Of a stretch of 64,000 bases of DNA, positions 10,700 to 21,484 are shown piece by piece (the stretch's first letter is position 1; every line of letters starts with the position of its first letter). The stretch is from a virus: IMG/VR virus record IMGVR_UViG_3300002835_000030, positions 1 through 64,000 of that record; one strand, given 5' to 3'. The notes under the pieces are model-generated. The model was not told the DNA's origin, searched no databases, and saw only the letters and a list, made by a program, of their open reading frames with translations. Both the position numbers and the translations under genes were made by a program.

Positions 10700-10745
10700 A
10701 TTTTAATTTTTATTAATAGTAGTAATATATAGTAATTAGTAAACT

Positions 10746-11501
10746 TTATTTACTGCTTTCTAAATCATCGAAGGTTGATTCGATGACCTTGATGATTGGG
10801 TTTCTAACTACATCATCAGGATCTCTCAATGTAACAGTACCAAATCCTTCAACACCTTCAAATTTTTCAATAATGACTTCTAAAGAACTGTCAGTTCTTT
10901 TCTTAATATCTTTTTGTTTAACATCACCTAAAATAACCATCTTTGAGTTGTCACCAATTCGAGTCATTAAGGTTCTCATATTACTTACGGATATGTTTTG
11001 TGCCTCATCAACAATAATAATTGTGTTATCAATACTACGACCCCTAACAAAGGCTAATGGTTGGATATTAATAATACTCAACTCCCTTAATTTTCTAGTT
11101 AAACTCTCGCCAATGATCTTTTCAAAATTATCAATAAAAGATATCATATAAGGATCTAATTTTTCTGATAAATCTCCAGGTAAAAAACCTAATTCTTCTC
11201 CGGGTAACTGTATTACAGATTTAACCAAAAGTATTTTTTTATATTTTTCTTTTGTTTTGATTAATTTTAGGGCTTCTGCACACGCAATATATGTTTTTCC
11301 ACTACCAGCCAATCCTGACGCAATAGTTATCTCATTTTCTTTTATCGATTGTACTAATTTTTTTTGGTTTTCTGTTTTACATTTAACATTAACAAACATA
11401 GATGATAAAAATTTATCTTCTTCCATGTTTTTACTATATACGAAGGATTCGACTTCTCTAAGTTCTTCCTCTGTTAGTTTTTTATTTCGTCTTCTACTCA
11501 T
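10746..11501 (-). CDS. phoH: PhoH-family ATPase
   Basis: GLAGSGKT, LGFLPGDL, RGRSI, IIVDEAQN, TRIG, GDVKQKD, VVRNPII. Confidence 0.95.
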   Translation of the reverse strand: MSRRRNKKLTEEELREVESFVYSKNMEEDKFLSSMFVNVKCKTENQKKLVQSIKENEITIASGLAGSGKTYIACAEALKLIKTKEKYKKILLVKSVIQLPGEELGFLPGDLSEKLDPYMISFIDNFEKIIGESLTRKLRELSIINIQPLAFVRGRSIDNTIIIVDEAQNISVSNMRTLMTRIGDNSKMVILGDVKQKDIKKRTDSSLEVIIEKFEGVEGFGTVTLRDPDDVVRNPIIKVIESTFDDLESSK

Positions 11502-11537
11502 ATATTTAATTTACCATATTTTTATAAAAATTAAAGT

Positions 11538-12449
11538 TTATTTTCTAATATTTTCGTAATTAGATTCAAACCACTCTATTGTTTCTTTTAACCCATCATA
11601 TAGTGGAGTGAATTTAAAATCGGGTAAATAGTTTTTAATTTTAGAATTATCTGATGGTTTTCTAAATTGACCATCAGGTTTGTTAGTATCCCACTTTACC
11701 TCACCTTTGAAGTTCATTAGTTCTACAATCAATCCTACAACGTCTTTAATTGATACTTCATCAGAAGTCGATAATATAATCGGTTCATCTTCATTATAAT
11801 TTTCTAAAACCCATTCAGTTAATTTAACCACATCTTTATTGTAAATAAACTCTCTAAGTGGTATCCCACTACCCCATATAGTTAATGGTGTATTAGTTTC
11901 TCTCGCAATATAACATTTATGTATTAAAGAAGGTACGACATGACCATTCTCTATATCAAAATTATCATTAATTCCATATATATTAGTAGGTATAACCGAT
12001 TTGTAATTTAACCCATATTGTTCTCTGTATGACTTGATTTGAATATCTGCCATACGTTTTGCATATGCATAAGCGTCATTACTAAAATGTGGTGGACCTA
12101 GATGTATCTTTTTTTCAGTTAGTGGGTATTCCACATTATTTGGGAAGACACAAGTAGACAAAAACACTACTAAGTCTTCTACATTATTTTTTCTACATTC
12201 TTCTATTACATTTGTATTCATCATAATATTTTGGTAGAAAAAATCACCTTTATGTTTCATGTTACCCATAACACCACCTACCTTACCCGCACAATGTATT
12301 ACCGACTTAGGTTTATTGGTACTTATCATTATATGAGTTGATATGGGATCTATTAGATTGTAATCTTTAGAACCAAACTTTATATAGTTGGAACCTATAA
12401 ATTGTGATCCGACTAAACCATTTCCGCCAGTAACTAAAATCTTAGACAT
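11538..12449 (-). CDS. fcl: GDP-L-fucose synthase
   Basis: LVTGGNGLVG, AGKVGG, LSTCVFP, YAYAKR, PTNIYG, HVVPSLIHK, WGSGIPLREF. Confidence 0.93.
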   Translation of the reverse strand: MSKILVTGGNGLVGSQFIGSNYIKFGSKDYNLIDPISTHIMISTNKPKSVIHCAGKVGGVMGNMKHKGDFFYQNIMMNTNVIEECRKNNVEDLVVFLSTCVFPNNVEYPLTEKKIHLGPPHFSNDAYAYAKRMADIQIKSYREQYGLNYKSVIPTNIYGINDNFDIENGHVVPSLIHKCYIARETNTPLTIWGSGIPLREFIYNKDVVKLTEWVLENYNEDEPIILSTSDEVSIKDVVGLIVELMNFKGEVKWDTNKPDGQFRKPSDNSKIKNYLPDFKFTPLYDGLKETIEWFESNYENIRK

Positions 12450-13437
12450 ATATAATATTTTTTTCATTATAATATGTTAACCAATACGATATCATTTCAT
12501 CTAACATAGTTTCGAAAGTATATTCAGTTACCCACCCTAATTCTTCCCTTAATTTTGTAGAGTCCCCTTTTAAGTTTTCTAATTCCTCAGGTCTCATATG
12601 TTTTTCATCAACTATAATGTAATCTTTATAATCTAAACCTAATTTTTTAAAGGTGTATTCACATAAATCGCTAACTGAGTGTGACACACCTGTTGCGCAT
12701 ACATAATCTGTCGGATTATCTGTTTGCAACATCATCCACATTGCTTTAACGTAGTCTTTAGCATGACCCCAATCCCTAGTAGCGGATAGATTACCTAACG
12801 ATAGTTTTTCTTGTAACCCTAACTTAATTTTAACTGCTGCCTTAACAACTTTATTTGTTACGAAATTAGTACCCCTACGAGGAGATTCGTGATTAAATAG
12901 AATACCGTTCCATATTTTCATACCATAAGAATTTCTATAATTTCTACAGATATTATATGAAAATACTTTTGCACACCCATATGGGGATACTGGATTCATA
13001 GGTGTGGTTTCTCTTTGGTATCCATCGGAATCAATGGAATTTCCAAACATTTCAGATGAAGATGCCTGATAAATTTTCGAATGTGGGGATACCATTCTTA
13101 TCACCTCTAAAAGATTAAGTGTGCCCACACCAGTAACATTTGCAGTACATATTGGTTGATCGAAACTAATTCTAACGTGTGATTGTGCTGCCAAATTATA
13201 AACTTCATCTGGTTGTACTTTAGATAAAATTCTAATTAACGATGCCATATCCGTTAAATCCGCATACTCTAAATTTATTAAATTACCATCTCTTAAAGAT
13301 TCAATTCTCGATGATTGTGTTTCAGATACTGAGTTTCTTTTCACAGTTCCCCAAACCTCATATCCCTTTTCTAAAAGAAATTCTGCCAAATATGAACCAT
13401 CTTGCCCATTAATTCCAGTTATAAGTGCTTTTTTCAT
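12442..13437 (-). CDS. gmd: GDP-mannose 4,6-dehydratase
   Basis: ALITGINGQDGSYLAE, YNLAAQSHV, YQASSSEMFG, GILFNHESPRRG, RDWGHAKDYV. Confidence 0.96.
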   Translation of the reverse strand: MKKALITGINGQDGSYLAEFLLEKGYEVWGTVKRNSVSETQSSRIESLRDGNLINLEYADLTDMASLIRILSKVQPDEVYNLAAQSHVRISFDQPICTANVTGVGTLNLLEVIRMVSPHSKIYQASSSEMFGNSIDSDGYQRETTPMNPVSPYGCAKVFSYNICRNYRNSYGMKIWNGILFNHESPRRGTNFVTNKVVKAAVKIKLGLQEKLSLGNLSATRDWGHAKDYVKAMWMMLQTDNPTDYVCATGVSHSVSDLCEYTFKKLGLDYKDYIIVDEKHMRPEELENLKGDSTKLREELGWVTEYTFETMLDEMISYWLTYYNEKNIIYV

Positions 13438-13449
13438 TTTTTATATTTT

Positions 13450-15003
13450 TTATTTTTTATTAAAATATTCGTTCCAATAATTATATGTTTTATAATCATC
13501 AGGTGTTCCCCAACAAATATAATCCTCAACCTCAAAAACTTTTACTGTTAATCCCATATCTATATTTTGATTTAAAACATCATCAACATAAAATTCGTTA
13601 TTAGTTCTAATATTTTTTTCTTTATTATTTTTTAAACCATTTAAAAAATATTTTGCCTTCCTAAAAAACATTGTGCCTACTATTGCGTGAGTTGTTAATG
13701 GATCATCATAAATGAAATTTTTACACGAAACATGCCTAATGTTATCATCGTCATCAACATCCAACCAAGCATAACTATTCGGATTAAGTTTACTTGTTTG
13801 ATTGTTTCTAAATGACCAAACTAAAACATCAATACTTTCATCGAATAACATTTCTTGACATTTTTCTACATTATAATATATACCATTATCACATGCAGAT
13901 ATTAAAATAGGGTTTTCAGGGTTAATAGTACCCATACCTAATTCACAAGTACAGGCTTGTCCTTCGGTAACATAGTCTAATTCAACTACTGAATGATTCG
14001 AATAGTATTTTTTTATAATTGAGTTTATGTCAAAGTTATCTGTATGTTCTTTCCTAACAATAAAAATATTATTTTCACAAGTAGGTAAATCTTCTACCGC
14101 TTTTATTACCATAGGTTTATCTTCTACATCTATAAATGGTTTTGGGGTTAGGTAACCTTCTTTATAGAATCTATTTCCATTACCCGCCATAGGTAAAATT
14201 AATGTAGTATTATTAGGTGTTTTTATCTTTTTCATTTTTTCTTTTTTGAAAAAATTTGACCAAGATTTATAAATTTCTAAATCATAAGGTGTACCCCATT
14301 GTAACATTTTTTGAATCTCAAAAATACTTACTTTTAAACCATCTTTAATTAATAAATTATATACTAAACTTACATAATATTCACCATTAATATTTATATC
14401 TAAATCGATTAAAATTTTAAAATATTTTTTTAATAACTTACCACTTTTAAAATAATATGTACCATTAGATGCATATTCATTCATTTTGTTTTTAGTAAAA
14501 GATTCTTTTTCTTTTATTTGTTCTAAAAACATATTTTTTTCTTTACAAAATGCATAATTATCACCACCCAACATATGGGGGTGAAATCCCTTATAACATG
14601 CCATTGCACCATCAGAATTTTTTATTCTTACATCATCTAAAAATTGATTATAATCCCAAACAGTACCATAATCACAATAACTAACAATTACGTCTCTATT
14701 ATCATCTATTGAATCGAATATTTGATAAACCGCATCCACAGGACCTTTTCTATTTTCATTTGGTACGGTGAAAATTTTACAGTTCGGAGAAATATTTTTT
14801 AGTGTCTGTAATATATTAGTCTCATCAATATGTTTTTGATTACAAATAAATATAACATCATCTGGCCTATTAAACAAATTAACTACATGTTCAATTATTG
14901 GTAAGTTATCTACTATTATTAAAGGTTTTGGATTCACATAACCTGCATCTATAAATCTTTTACCCATTCCTGACATAGGAATAATTATTTGTGGTTTTTT
15001 CAT
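13450..15003 (-). CDS. Tandem two-domain sugar nucleotidyltransferase
   Basis: Two repeats of I[IL]PM[SA]G.G.RF...GY..PKP, each with an EY/FYV motif and a closing WGTP.D. Confidence 0.85.
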   Translation of the reverse strand: MKKPQIIIPMSGMGKRFIDAGYVNPKPLIIVDNLPIIEHVVNLFNRPDDVIFICNQKHIDETNILQTLKNISPNCKIFTVPNENRKGPVDAVYQIFDSIDDNRDVIVSYCDYGTVWDYNQFLDDVRIKNSDGAMACYKGFHPHMLGGDNYAFCKEKNMFLEQIKEKESFTKNKMNEYASNGTYYFKSGKLLKKYFKILIDLDININGEYYVSLVYNLLIKDGLKVSIFEIQKMLQWGTPYDLEIYKSWSNFFKKEKMKKIKTPNNTTLILPMAGNGNRFYKEGYLTPKPFIDVEDKPMVIKAVEDLPTCENNIFIVRKEHTDNFDINSIIKKYYSNHSVVELDYVTEGQACTCELGMGTINPENPILISACDNGIYYNVEKCQEMLFDESIDVLVWSFRNNQTSKLNPNSYAWLDVDDDDNIRHVSCKNFIYDDPLTTHAIVGTMFFRKAKYFLNGLKNNKEKNIRTNNEFYVDDVLNQNIDMGLTVKVFEVEDYICWGTPDDYKTYNYWNEYFNKK

Positions 15004-15479
15004 GGGTGTAATCCTTTAGTTTTTAAATTATACTCACAGTAAGTAATATAATCGGTACAAACACCGTATGGTATTTTATTTTTAAATTTGTTTATATCAT
15101 CTATATTTAATAATGGTATTATTGTTCTTTCACAAATATTTAAATTTAGATTGTGAACCCATATTAAATTATTACTGGTTAAAACGTAAGGATCAGAATT
15201 GTGACAAAAATATATAAAATTATTTTTATTTTCACTTAATTGTATTGCAGAATCTAAATCTTTACAATGTAACCATAGTTTAGATTTTCTTTTTTCTAAC
15301 CATAATTCACTAACCACATAATCTGGATTATCGTGACCTAAATAAAATTTATTATCAATGAATCTTATATCCACCTCGACATCATAACCACTAGATAGGG
15401 CAATATCAATATATGACGGTGAATTTTCTTTATTAGGTAATGGTTCTTTTATGTTTCCTCTATGTGAAATTAATTTCAT
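15000..15479 (-). CDS. GDPD/PLC-like phosphodiesterase-fold protein
   Basis: ISHRGN, ENSP, GYDVEVD, LGHD, WLHCK, GVCTDY. Confidence 0.75.
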   Translation of the reverse strand: MKLISHRGNIKEPLPNKENSPSYIDIALSSGYDVEVDIRFIDNKFYLGHDNPDYVVSELWLEKRKSKLWLHCKDLDSAIQLSENKNNFIYFCHNSDPYVLTSNNLIWVHNLNLNICERTIIPLLNIDDINKFKNKIPYGVCTDYITYCEYNLKTKGLHP

Positions 15480-15769
15480 ATCTCTTCAATTCTTAAAGTT
15501 TTATCATCTATAAATAAATCGTAATACGGTTTGTCAACAAATAATTCATGATATTTTACCCCCCACTCATCTAATTGTTTTTTTGTTAAATCATACCAAT
15601 TTATTTTAGTTCTACTACCTCTAGCCGTCCAATAAACAATAGTATTACCTTCATCGTAAAGTTTGTTTATTTTATCTATATTTTCTTTTATAGGTTGAGC
15701 ATTAAAATAATTTCTAGGGTGAGGTGTTTCACATATGGTTTCATCAATGTCTACATATATAACTTTCAT
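15476..15769 (-). CDS. Small HAD phosphatase (capsule-biosynthesis type)
   Basis: YVDIDETI, WTARG, KPYYDLFIDDK. Confidence 0.85.
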   Translation of the reverse strand: MKVIYVDIDETICETPHPRNYFNAQPIKENIDKINKLYDEGNTIVYWTARGSRTKINWYDLTKKQLDEWGVKYHELFVDKPYYDLFIDDKTLRIEEI

Positions 15770-16431
15770 ATTAAAGATTTTCTATATTTTTCGTTTTCAT
15801 CATTTATTAATTTATTAATATCTAAGTCAGACAAATAAGTCATATTCATTTTATCTACTCCTGATAAAAAAATTTCTGCAGATTTTTCACAAATTTCTGT
15901 TGCAACTACACATTCTTCTATTGTCTTTCCACAAGTTATAATACCATGATTTTTTAATAGTATAAGTTTAGGAAAAAATTTTTCACTTTCAATAAATTTA
16001 TTAACTATATCTTCTATATGTTTAAATAATTCTTCTCCAGGATTTGCATATGGTATGACACACGATTTTTTATCATTAAATATTACTTGATCAGGAAACA
16101 ACCTGTAAACAGAAAAATCATAAATATTGTCTGAACAAAGTATCTTTAGTGTATTTGTTGGGTGAGTATGACACACATAATTTATTTCCACATGTTTAAG
16201 TAAAAATCTATGAAAATTTAATTCCATACTACCTTTTTTACCTAAATTATCTTTTTGGTTACCCAAAAAATCATAACAAACTATATCGTCATCAGTTAAA
16301 TTGTTTAAAAATGAACCACTACTTTTTATGAAAAATAAGTCTCCTTCTTTTTTTGATATATTCCCCTCTGCACCAACGACAAATTTTTCAATCTTTTTAC
16401 CTAATAATTTAAGGTCTTTATGTTTATCCAT
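15766..16431 (-). CDS. Class II aldolase/epimerase (FucA/AraD family)
   Basis: GNIS, SMELNFH, VCHTHP and LLKNHG Zn ligands. Confidence 0.85.
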   Translation of the reverse strand: MDKHKDLKLLGKKIEKFVVGAEGNISKKEGDLFFIKSSGSFLNNLTDDDIVCYDFLGNQKDNLGKKGSMELNFHRFLLKHVEINYVCHTHPTNTLKILCSDNIYDFSVYRLFPDQVIFNDKKSCVIPYANPGEELFKHIEDIVNKFIESEKFFPKLILLKNHGIITCGKTIEECVVATEICEKSAEIFLSGVDKMNMTYLSDLDINKLINDENEKYRKSLI

Positions 16432-16523
16432 ATTAAATGATTTACAACAAAATTAAGTATTTTTTTTAAAAAATAAATAGTATTTTGTCTTTATATTTTG
16501 TCATAATTCAGTATTTTTGTTAA

Positions 16524-17750
16524 ATGAAAATATATAAATTAGATGAGATAAAAGAATTTACTAACATTCTAAAAAAAGATAAAAACGGTAGGGTTATTAA
16601 TCTGTACAATTTGAGTGAGTGTCAATTTAATACTGATAAAACATTCTATCCTGATGTGTCTATTTATTCTTATAAAAATAAAAAACACTTTAACCCAATA
16701 AACGAAATAGTATTATCACTAGAGAAACAAAGTATAAAAAAAAATACAAATTTAACCGTAAAAAAATATAAATATAATGAAGTAAATCCAGTATTTTATT
16801 TCATATATAATACAGAAAATTATTTCCATTTTATTTACGATACTTTACCTTATTTAATTACATTTAAAAAATTAAAAGATACTACACCTGATATTAAATT
16901 ATTAGTGAATTACCCTAATCAACAAACAAAACATATATATAAATTCGTTTTAGAATTTTTAAGTTTAGTTGGTATTAATTTAGAAGATTTAATATTTGTA
17001 AATGATGAAACAGTTTATGAAAATATATTTATTTCTTCTTCTTACACTCACAATGAAAATTCTAATCTACCTCCAAGAGAAGAAGTATATGGTTTTTTTA
17101 GATATATAGTTAATTCTAATTTAAGTCATTTTAAAAATGATACCCCTAAAAAGATTTATATTTCGAGAAGAAGTTGGGTACATAACGATTATTCTAACAT
17201 AGGGACTAATTATACTGCAAAAAGAAAAATGTGTAATGAGGATGAATTAGTAAATTTATTAGAAAAAATGGGGTATGTAGAAATTTTTACTGAAAATTTA
17301 AACACTATAGAAAAATTAAATTTATTTTTTAACGCAGAAAGTGTTATTGGGGCGATCGGTGGTGGATTGTGTAATGTTTTATTTTCTAAAGAAGACACTA
17401 AGTTGTTAACAATAGTATCCCCAACATTTTTAGATGTCAATTATAGATTTAAATATTCCTTAGATGGGGTATCAAACAATTACTTTTACAATACTACCCA
17501 TACTGAGGATAGTGAATTTAAAAGTAATATGAGAGTTGAGTGTGAAGAATTATCTATTGTTGGTGAGGTGTCTAAAATCGATGGGGATATGTTATCAATA
17601 ATTTATTCTGATAATTTAGTGGCTGGTTGGAACAACCAAATAAATTTTAAAAAAACTACAGTTAATTCTAAAAGTTGTAAGAAATTAGATGAAGGATTAA
17701 ATTCACCATTTTTAATAGATTTAGAAAAAATTAAAAGTTTAATTTTTTAA
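16524..17750 (+). CDS. Glycosyltransferase family 61-like
   Basis: NYFHFIYDTLP, KIYISRR, RKMCNEDEL, LFFNAESVIGAIGGGLCN. Confidence 0.8.
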   Translation: MKIYKLDEIKEFTNILKKDKNGRVINLYNLSECQFNTDKTFYPDVSIYSYKNKKHFNPINEIVLSLEKQSIKKNTNLTVKKYKYNEVNPVFYFIYNTENYFHFIYDTLPYLITFKKLKDTTPDIKLLVNYPNQQTKHIYKFVLEFLSLVGINLEDLIFVNDETVYENIFISSSYTHNENSNLPPREEVYGFFRYIVNSNLSHFKNDTPKKIYISRRSWVHNDYSNIGTNYTAKRKMCNEDELVNLLEKMGYVEIFTENLNTIEKLNLFFNAESVIGAIGGGLCNVLFSKEDTKLLTIVSPTFLDVNYRFKYSLDGVSNNYFYNTTHTEDSEFKSNMRVECEELSIVGEVSKIDGDMLSIIYSDNLVAGWNNQINFKKTTVNSKSCKKLDEGLNSPFLIDLEKIKSLIF

Positions 17751-19161
17751 GGCGCATTATAATAAATATAATATAATCATAAAAATTGTTTAATTTAGGG
17801 ATATCTAAATTTATGTCAACATACTTTTTAAAATCTAACGTATAAAAATTATTTTCGACACTAACTTCTATTGAAACTTTCAGATTTTTTAAATCCTCTA
17901 CTATTGACTTTATATCAAAATTAGATTTTAATAATAACCTTAAAGAAATATTTTTATCCTCAAAATTATTTCCATTTAAATTTTCGTAATAAAAATTTAT
18001 AATTAAGTCTGATTTTTCTCTCTGGGGATAAATATATTCATAATAATCTTTTCTTCTACTTTCTATTTGTTTTAAAGATTTTTCTAAAGTATAACCCCTT
18101 TCTTTTGTGTCCCTTTTAATCTTCCAATAGTTCTTTAACTTTTCTTCAGTGTCTATATAAATTTTTAAATCATAAATATTTTCATCATTAGTATATAAAC
18201 TATGTAAACCACACACAATAATATTATCTGTCGGTTCTACAGTTTGTTTGTCTGTAAATTTACCAGTGGAATGATCATAATCTACATGATAAATTTCTTT
18301 ACCAATCTTTAAATCAAATATATCTGAGTTCATTTTAGTAATTAAGTTAGCCTCAGGATTTAAATGAGTATATTTTTCCCAATTTGAGTCACCTCTTTCC
18401 CATTTATGGTATCTGTCACATTCTAATAAAAATGAATTAGAAAAATATTTTTTAAGGGTGTTTGCCAATGTAGTTTTACCAGATCCTGAATCTCCCGCAA
18501 TTGAGAATACGTTACATTTAGATAGAATTACATTATAATCTAAATCTATTAATTCATATTTTATATTATTATCATTTAAATAATGATAAATTAGTGTTTC
18601 AGGTACATTACCATATTTTTCAATTAAGTTGTCTAAATGATTGTAAATACCAAAATAGGTATCCATAATTTTTGATGATCCGTAAGCAAAAATATCACAT
18701 AAAAATTTATCATCTTTCTTATTTAGTTTACTTATATCGATTTTACTGTCTTTTGGTATATAAATTACATCTTCATCTATTTTTTTAAAAATATCATCTG
18801 ATAAAATATTTAAATCTGGTCTATATTTAATTACAACATCGTATTTCTGATTTGTTTCATTTAAACTTTTTAGTGTATTTAATTTATAAAATTTTAACCA
18901 AGAGTTTTTTACGTCGTTAGTCTTTTTATCTGAATTAATTTCATAATTTGGTTCGTGTAGAATAACAGGATTTAATTTATTTATTAAAGAATTAATTAAA
19001 TCCTCCGTATAATTTAAATATTTGTCATCACTTTCTTCATTTTTTGTTATATGGATATACACGTCAACATTATCAAACCTATTAATGATATTTGATTTGA
19101 TATTTTCTATGTTTAACTCAAAACTTCTTAAATAACCTGAAATGATTAATGCAACATTCAT
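17731..19161 (-). CDS. Fusion of an N-terminal putative GT-like domain and a phosphoribulokinase/uridine-kinase-like P-loop kinase
   Basis: N-terminal MNVALIISG.LR..YDVVIKYRPD. C-terminal IAGDSGSGKTT, CDRYH, LNPEAN, YDHSTG, GLHSLY, KIKRD resemble PRK. Confidence 0.75.
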   Translation of the reverse strand: MNVALIISGYLRSFELNIENIKSNIINRFDNVDVYIHITKNEESDDKYLNYTEDLINSLINKLNPVILHEPNYEINSDKKTNDVKNSWLKFYKLNTLKSLNETNQKYDVVIKYRPDLNILSDDIFKKIDEDVIYIPKDSKIDISKLNKKDDKFLCDIFAYGSSKIMDTYFGIYNHLDNLIEKYGNVPETLIYHYLNDNNIKYELIDLDYNVILSKCNVFSIAGDSGSGKTTLANTLKKYFSNSFLLECDRYHKWERGDSNWEKYTHLNPEANLITKMNSDIFDLKIGKEIYHVDYDHSTGKFTDKQTVEPTDNIIVCGLHSLYTNDENIYDLKIYIDTEEKLKNYWKIKRDTKERGYTLEKSLKQIESRRKDYYEYIYPQREKSDLIINFYYENLNGNNFEDKNISLRLLLKSNFDIKSIVEDLKNLKVSIEVSVENNFYTLDFKKYVDINLDIPKLNNFYDYIIFIIMRLKKLNF

Positions 19162-19164
19162 TAA

Positions 19165-19884
19165 TTATATATTTTTTATTTTGTTATATAATATTTCTAT
19201 TAATTCTAAACTTATGTTTAGATGATGATTTTCCCCTTCTATTCTAAACTTATCTTTTATAATATCATTTTCAGTAATATCATCCCATATATTAATAAAT
19301 TTAAAATTATTGATCTCACACATTTTTTCTAATTTAGAATTAAAATATTTATGATTTCGATTACGTATTTCGTTTGAATCATTATATATGTGTTGGTAAT
19401 CTATAAAATTTATGGATTCATCTAATTCTCCAGTTTCATTAAAGTTATTAGTTACGTGTGAAATATTATCTTTGAAATTAACATTAAAATTATATTCAAT
19501 GTTATTCACAGTACAAGGATTAATCCCACTAACAATAAAATCATTTTCATAACCCAATAAAAACTCCTCATATTTTTTAATTAAATCGTCAAAAAAATAA
19601 TCTAAAGAAATTTTTTCATTCTGTAATACTGATTTATAATAATAACCAAATTCAACATCACATTGTCCTATCACAAATAAAGTTTTTTGTCTTTCATTAA
19701 AATCAAAATTTTTTATTCTTTCCAATAAACCTAATGTTGATTTTTTTTTTAATAACCCCTTTATACTTGCACCAGGGGCATTTAACAAAATAATATTATT
19801 TATGTCTTTATATGATTTTAAATTGTCAAAACCATATTGAGATGTGTGCGAATCTCCAATAACAACTAATTCATCTATATTCAT
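19165..19884 (-). CDS. SGNH/GDSL-fold hydrolase or O-acyltransferase
   Basis: VIGDSH block I, GQCDV, C-terminal HHL. Confidence 0.7.
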   Translation of the reverse strand: MNIDELVVIGDSHTSQYGFDNLKSYKDINNIILLNAPGASIKGLLKKKSTLGLLERIKNFDFNERQKTLFVIGQCDVEFGYYYKSVLQNEKISLDYFFDDLIKKYEEFLLGYENDFIVSGINPCTVNNIEYNFNVNFKDNISHVTNNFNETGELDESINFIDYQHIYNDSNEIRNRNHKYFNSKLEKMCEINNFKFINIWDDITENDIIKDKFRIEGENHHLNISLELIEILYNKIKNI

Positions 19885-20732
19885 ATTATATTATTATTTT
19901 TTAAAAATTCAATAAAATCTGATACATTAATTTCCATATTATCATCAGAATCTATTTTATTTGTAGTATACTTAAAATAAGGTAGATTAAAATGGTTACA
20001 TATAGATAAATATTGATTACTTATTTGTGTTGGGTTATTTACATTCAGTTCAACTACATTTGTTTTTTCTGAAAAAATACTAAATAATAAACCCCCACTA
20101 TTAGGTGAAATTATAGTTTCAGAATTTCTAAATAATTTAATTTTTTCTTCCACATTTAAATCTTCTAAAAATACTACCTCAACACCAAAAGATTTAAGGG
20201 TTTCACATAATTCATTTTCATTTATTATTTGTCTTTTTTTAACATTATTAAAAAATTCATTACCACTTAATAAATGTGATTTACTTCTACATAAATAATA
20301 TTTTTTATGGTATTTACTTTCATCTTCACTTTTAGGTATTTTAAAAATAGATTTAATATAATCATACCCTTCACCTGAAATGTGATATAACCCATTATCT
20401 ATGATAGGTTCACCATAATTATTAATAATTATATCTTCACTGTTAATATTTTCTACAATTTTAAATTCATCTTTCAATAAATCAAATGCCTCTTTTTGGA
20501 AATCTAACATAAAAATATCGTCTTTATATGATGGATTTAAACTAAAATATAAATTATATGGTTTTTTTAAGTTCCCATTATATAATTCTTTATTTTGTTC
20601 TAATTTACCACCGCCACCGACACCGTTTATACCCCCATTTTGTATGTGTCTTAAACCAGAAATCATGTAAATAAACCAATGGTAAATAAAAATAGACCCT
20701 CTATTTTCTATATGGAATACAACTCTACTCAT
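19881..20732 (-). CDS. Glycosyltransferase family 61-like
   Basis: IYHWF, YLCRS, RQIINENEL, LFRNSETIISPNSGGL. Confidence 0.75.
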   Translation of the reverse strand: MSRVVFHIENRGSIFIYHWFIYMISGLRHIQNGGINGVGGGGKLEQNKELYNGNLKKPYNLYFSLNPSYKDDIFMLDFQKEAFDLLKDEFKIVENINSEDIIINNYGEPIIDNGLYHISGEGYDYIKSIFKIPKSEDESKYHKKYYLCRSKSHLLSGNEFFNNVKKRQIINENELCETLKSFGVEVVFLEDLNVEEKIKLFRNSETIISPNSGGLLFSIFSEKTNVVELNVNNPTQISNQYLSICNHFNLPYFKYTTNKIDSDDNMEINVSDFIEFLKNNNII

Positions 20733-20734
20733 AT

Positions 20735-21481
20735 TTAAATTTCATTTTTACTAATAAATCTATTTTCTTCTGAAGTTTGTAGATTTAATTTATACTTATC
20801 TATTATTCTTAATAAATCATCTTTTAAATCATAATAATAATCTAAATTAAGTAATTTACCTTTTACTGTTATATGTAAAAAATTTAAGTCTGAAGAAAAA
20901 ACAAACCCTCTATGATAAACTAAATTTATTTTTTCAGATTTTTGTAACCCATAAAATTTAAAATTATCGTTAACAAATTTTTGAACATTATCATTAGTTT
21001 CAAAAGAAGGATAGGTTTCATCAGGAAATGATTCACATAATCTTAACAAAGAAGTTTTTTTATATAAAGAAGGTGCATAATCATATGGTGTAAAAAAATG
21101 ATTGTCAGTTATGTTATTTATACTCGTTAAAATAAAACTATCTTTTTCTAAAATTTCTTTACTTTTATTGAATACACCAAAACTTATCCTATCTAAATTA
21201 TTTTCTTTCATAATACTTAAATAGTTAGAAACGGCTTTCTCATCAATATTAATAATCACATCAACATCACTAAATAACATAATATACTCATCATCAATAT
21301 TTTTTAATATTTCTATTAATCTTCTAACATAATTTAAAGTACCATCATATATAAAAGTATCGTGTTTAAATATATACCCATTTAAATTATCAGTACATAA
21401 CAAAATATTTTTACTTTCATAATCATTAATTATATCCCACAAATGTGAATAATTACTATTCGAAATTATTATTTTTTTCAT
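20735..21481 (-). CDS. Putative GT-A fold glycosyltransferase
   Basis: EYIMLFSDVD DxD-like motif; lies within the glycan cluster. Confidence 0.55.
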   Translation of the reverse strand: MKKIIISNSNYSHLWDIINDYESKNILLCTDNLNGYIFKHDTFIYDGTLNYVRRLIEILKNIDDEYIMLFSDVDVIINIDEKAVSNYLSIMKENNLDRISFGVFNKSKEILEKDSFILTSINNITDNHFFTPYDYAPSLYKKTSLLRLCESFPDETYPSFETNDNVQKFVNDNFKFYGLQKSEKINLVYHRGFVFSSDLNFLHITVKGKLLNLDYYYDLKDDLLRIIDKYKLNLQTSEENRFISKNEI

Positions 21482-21484
21482 AAT

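Noticed and set aside
17731-19161. Calvin-cycle auxiliary metabolic gene (phosphoribulokinase)
   Set aside because: It is fused to another domain, embedded in a glycan locus, and no other Calvin-cycle genes are present.
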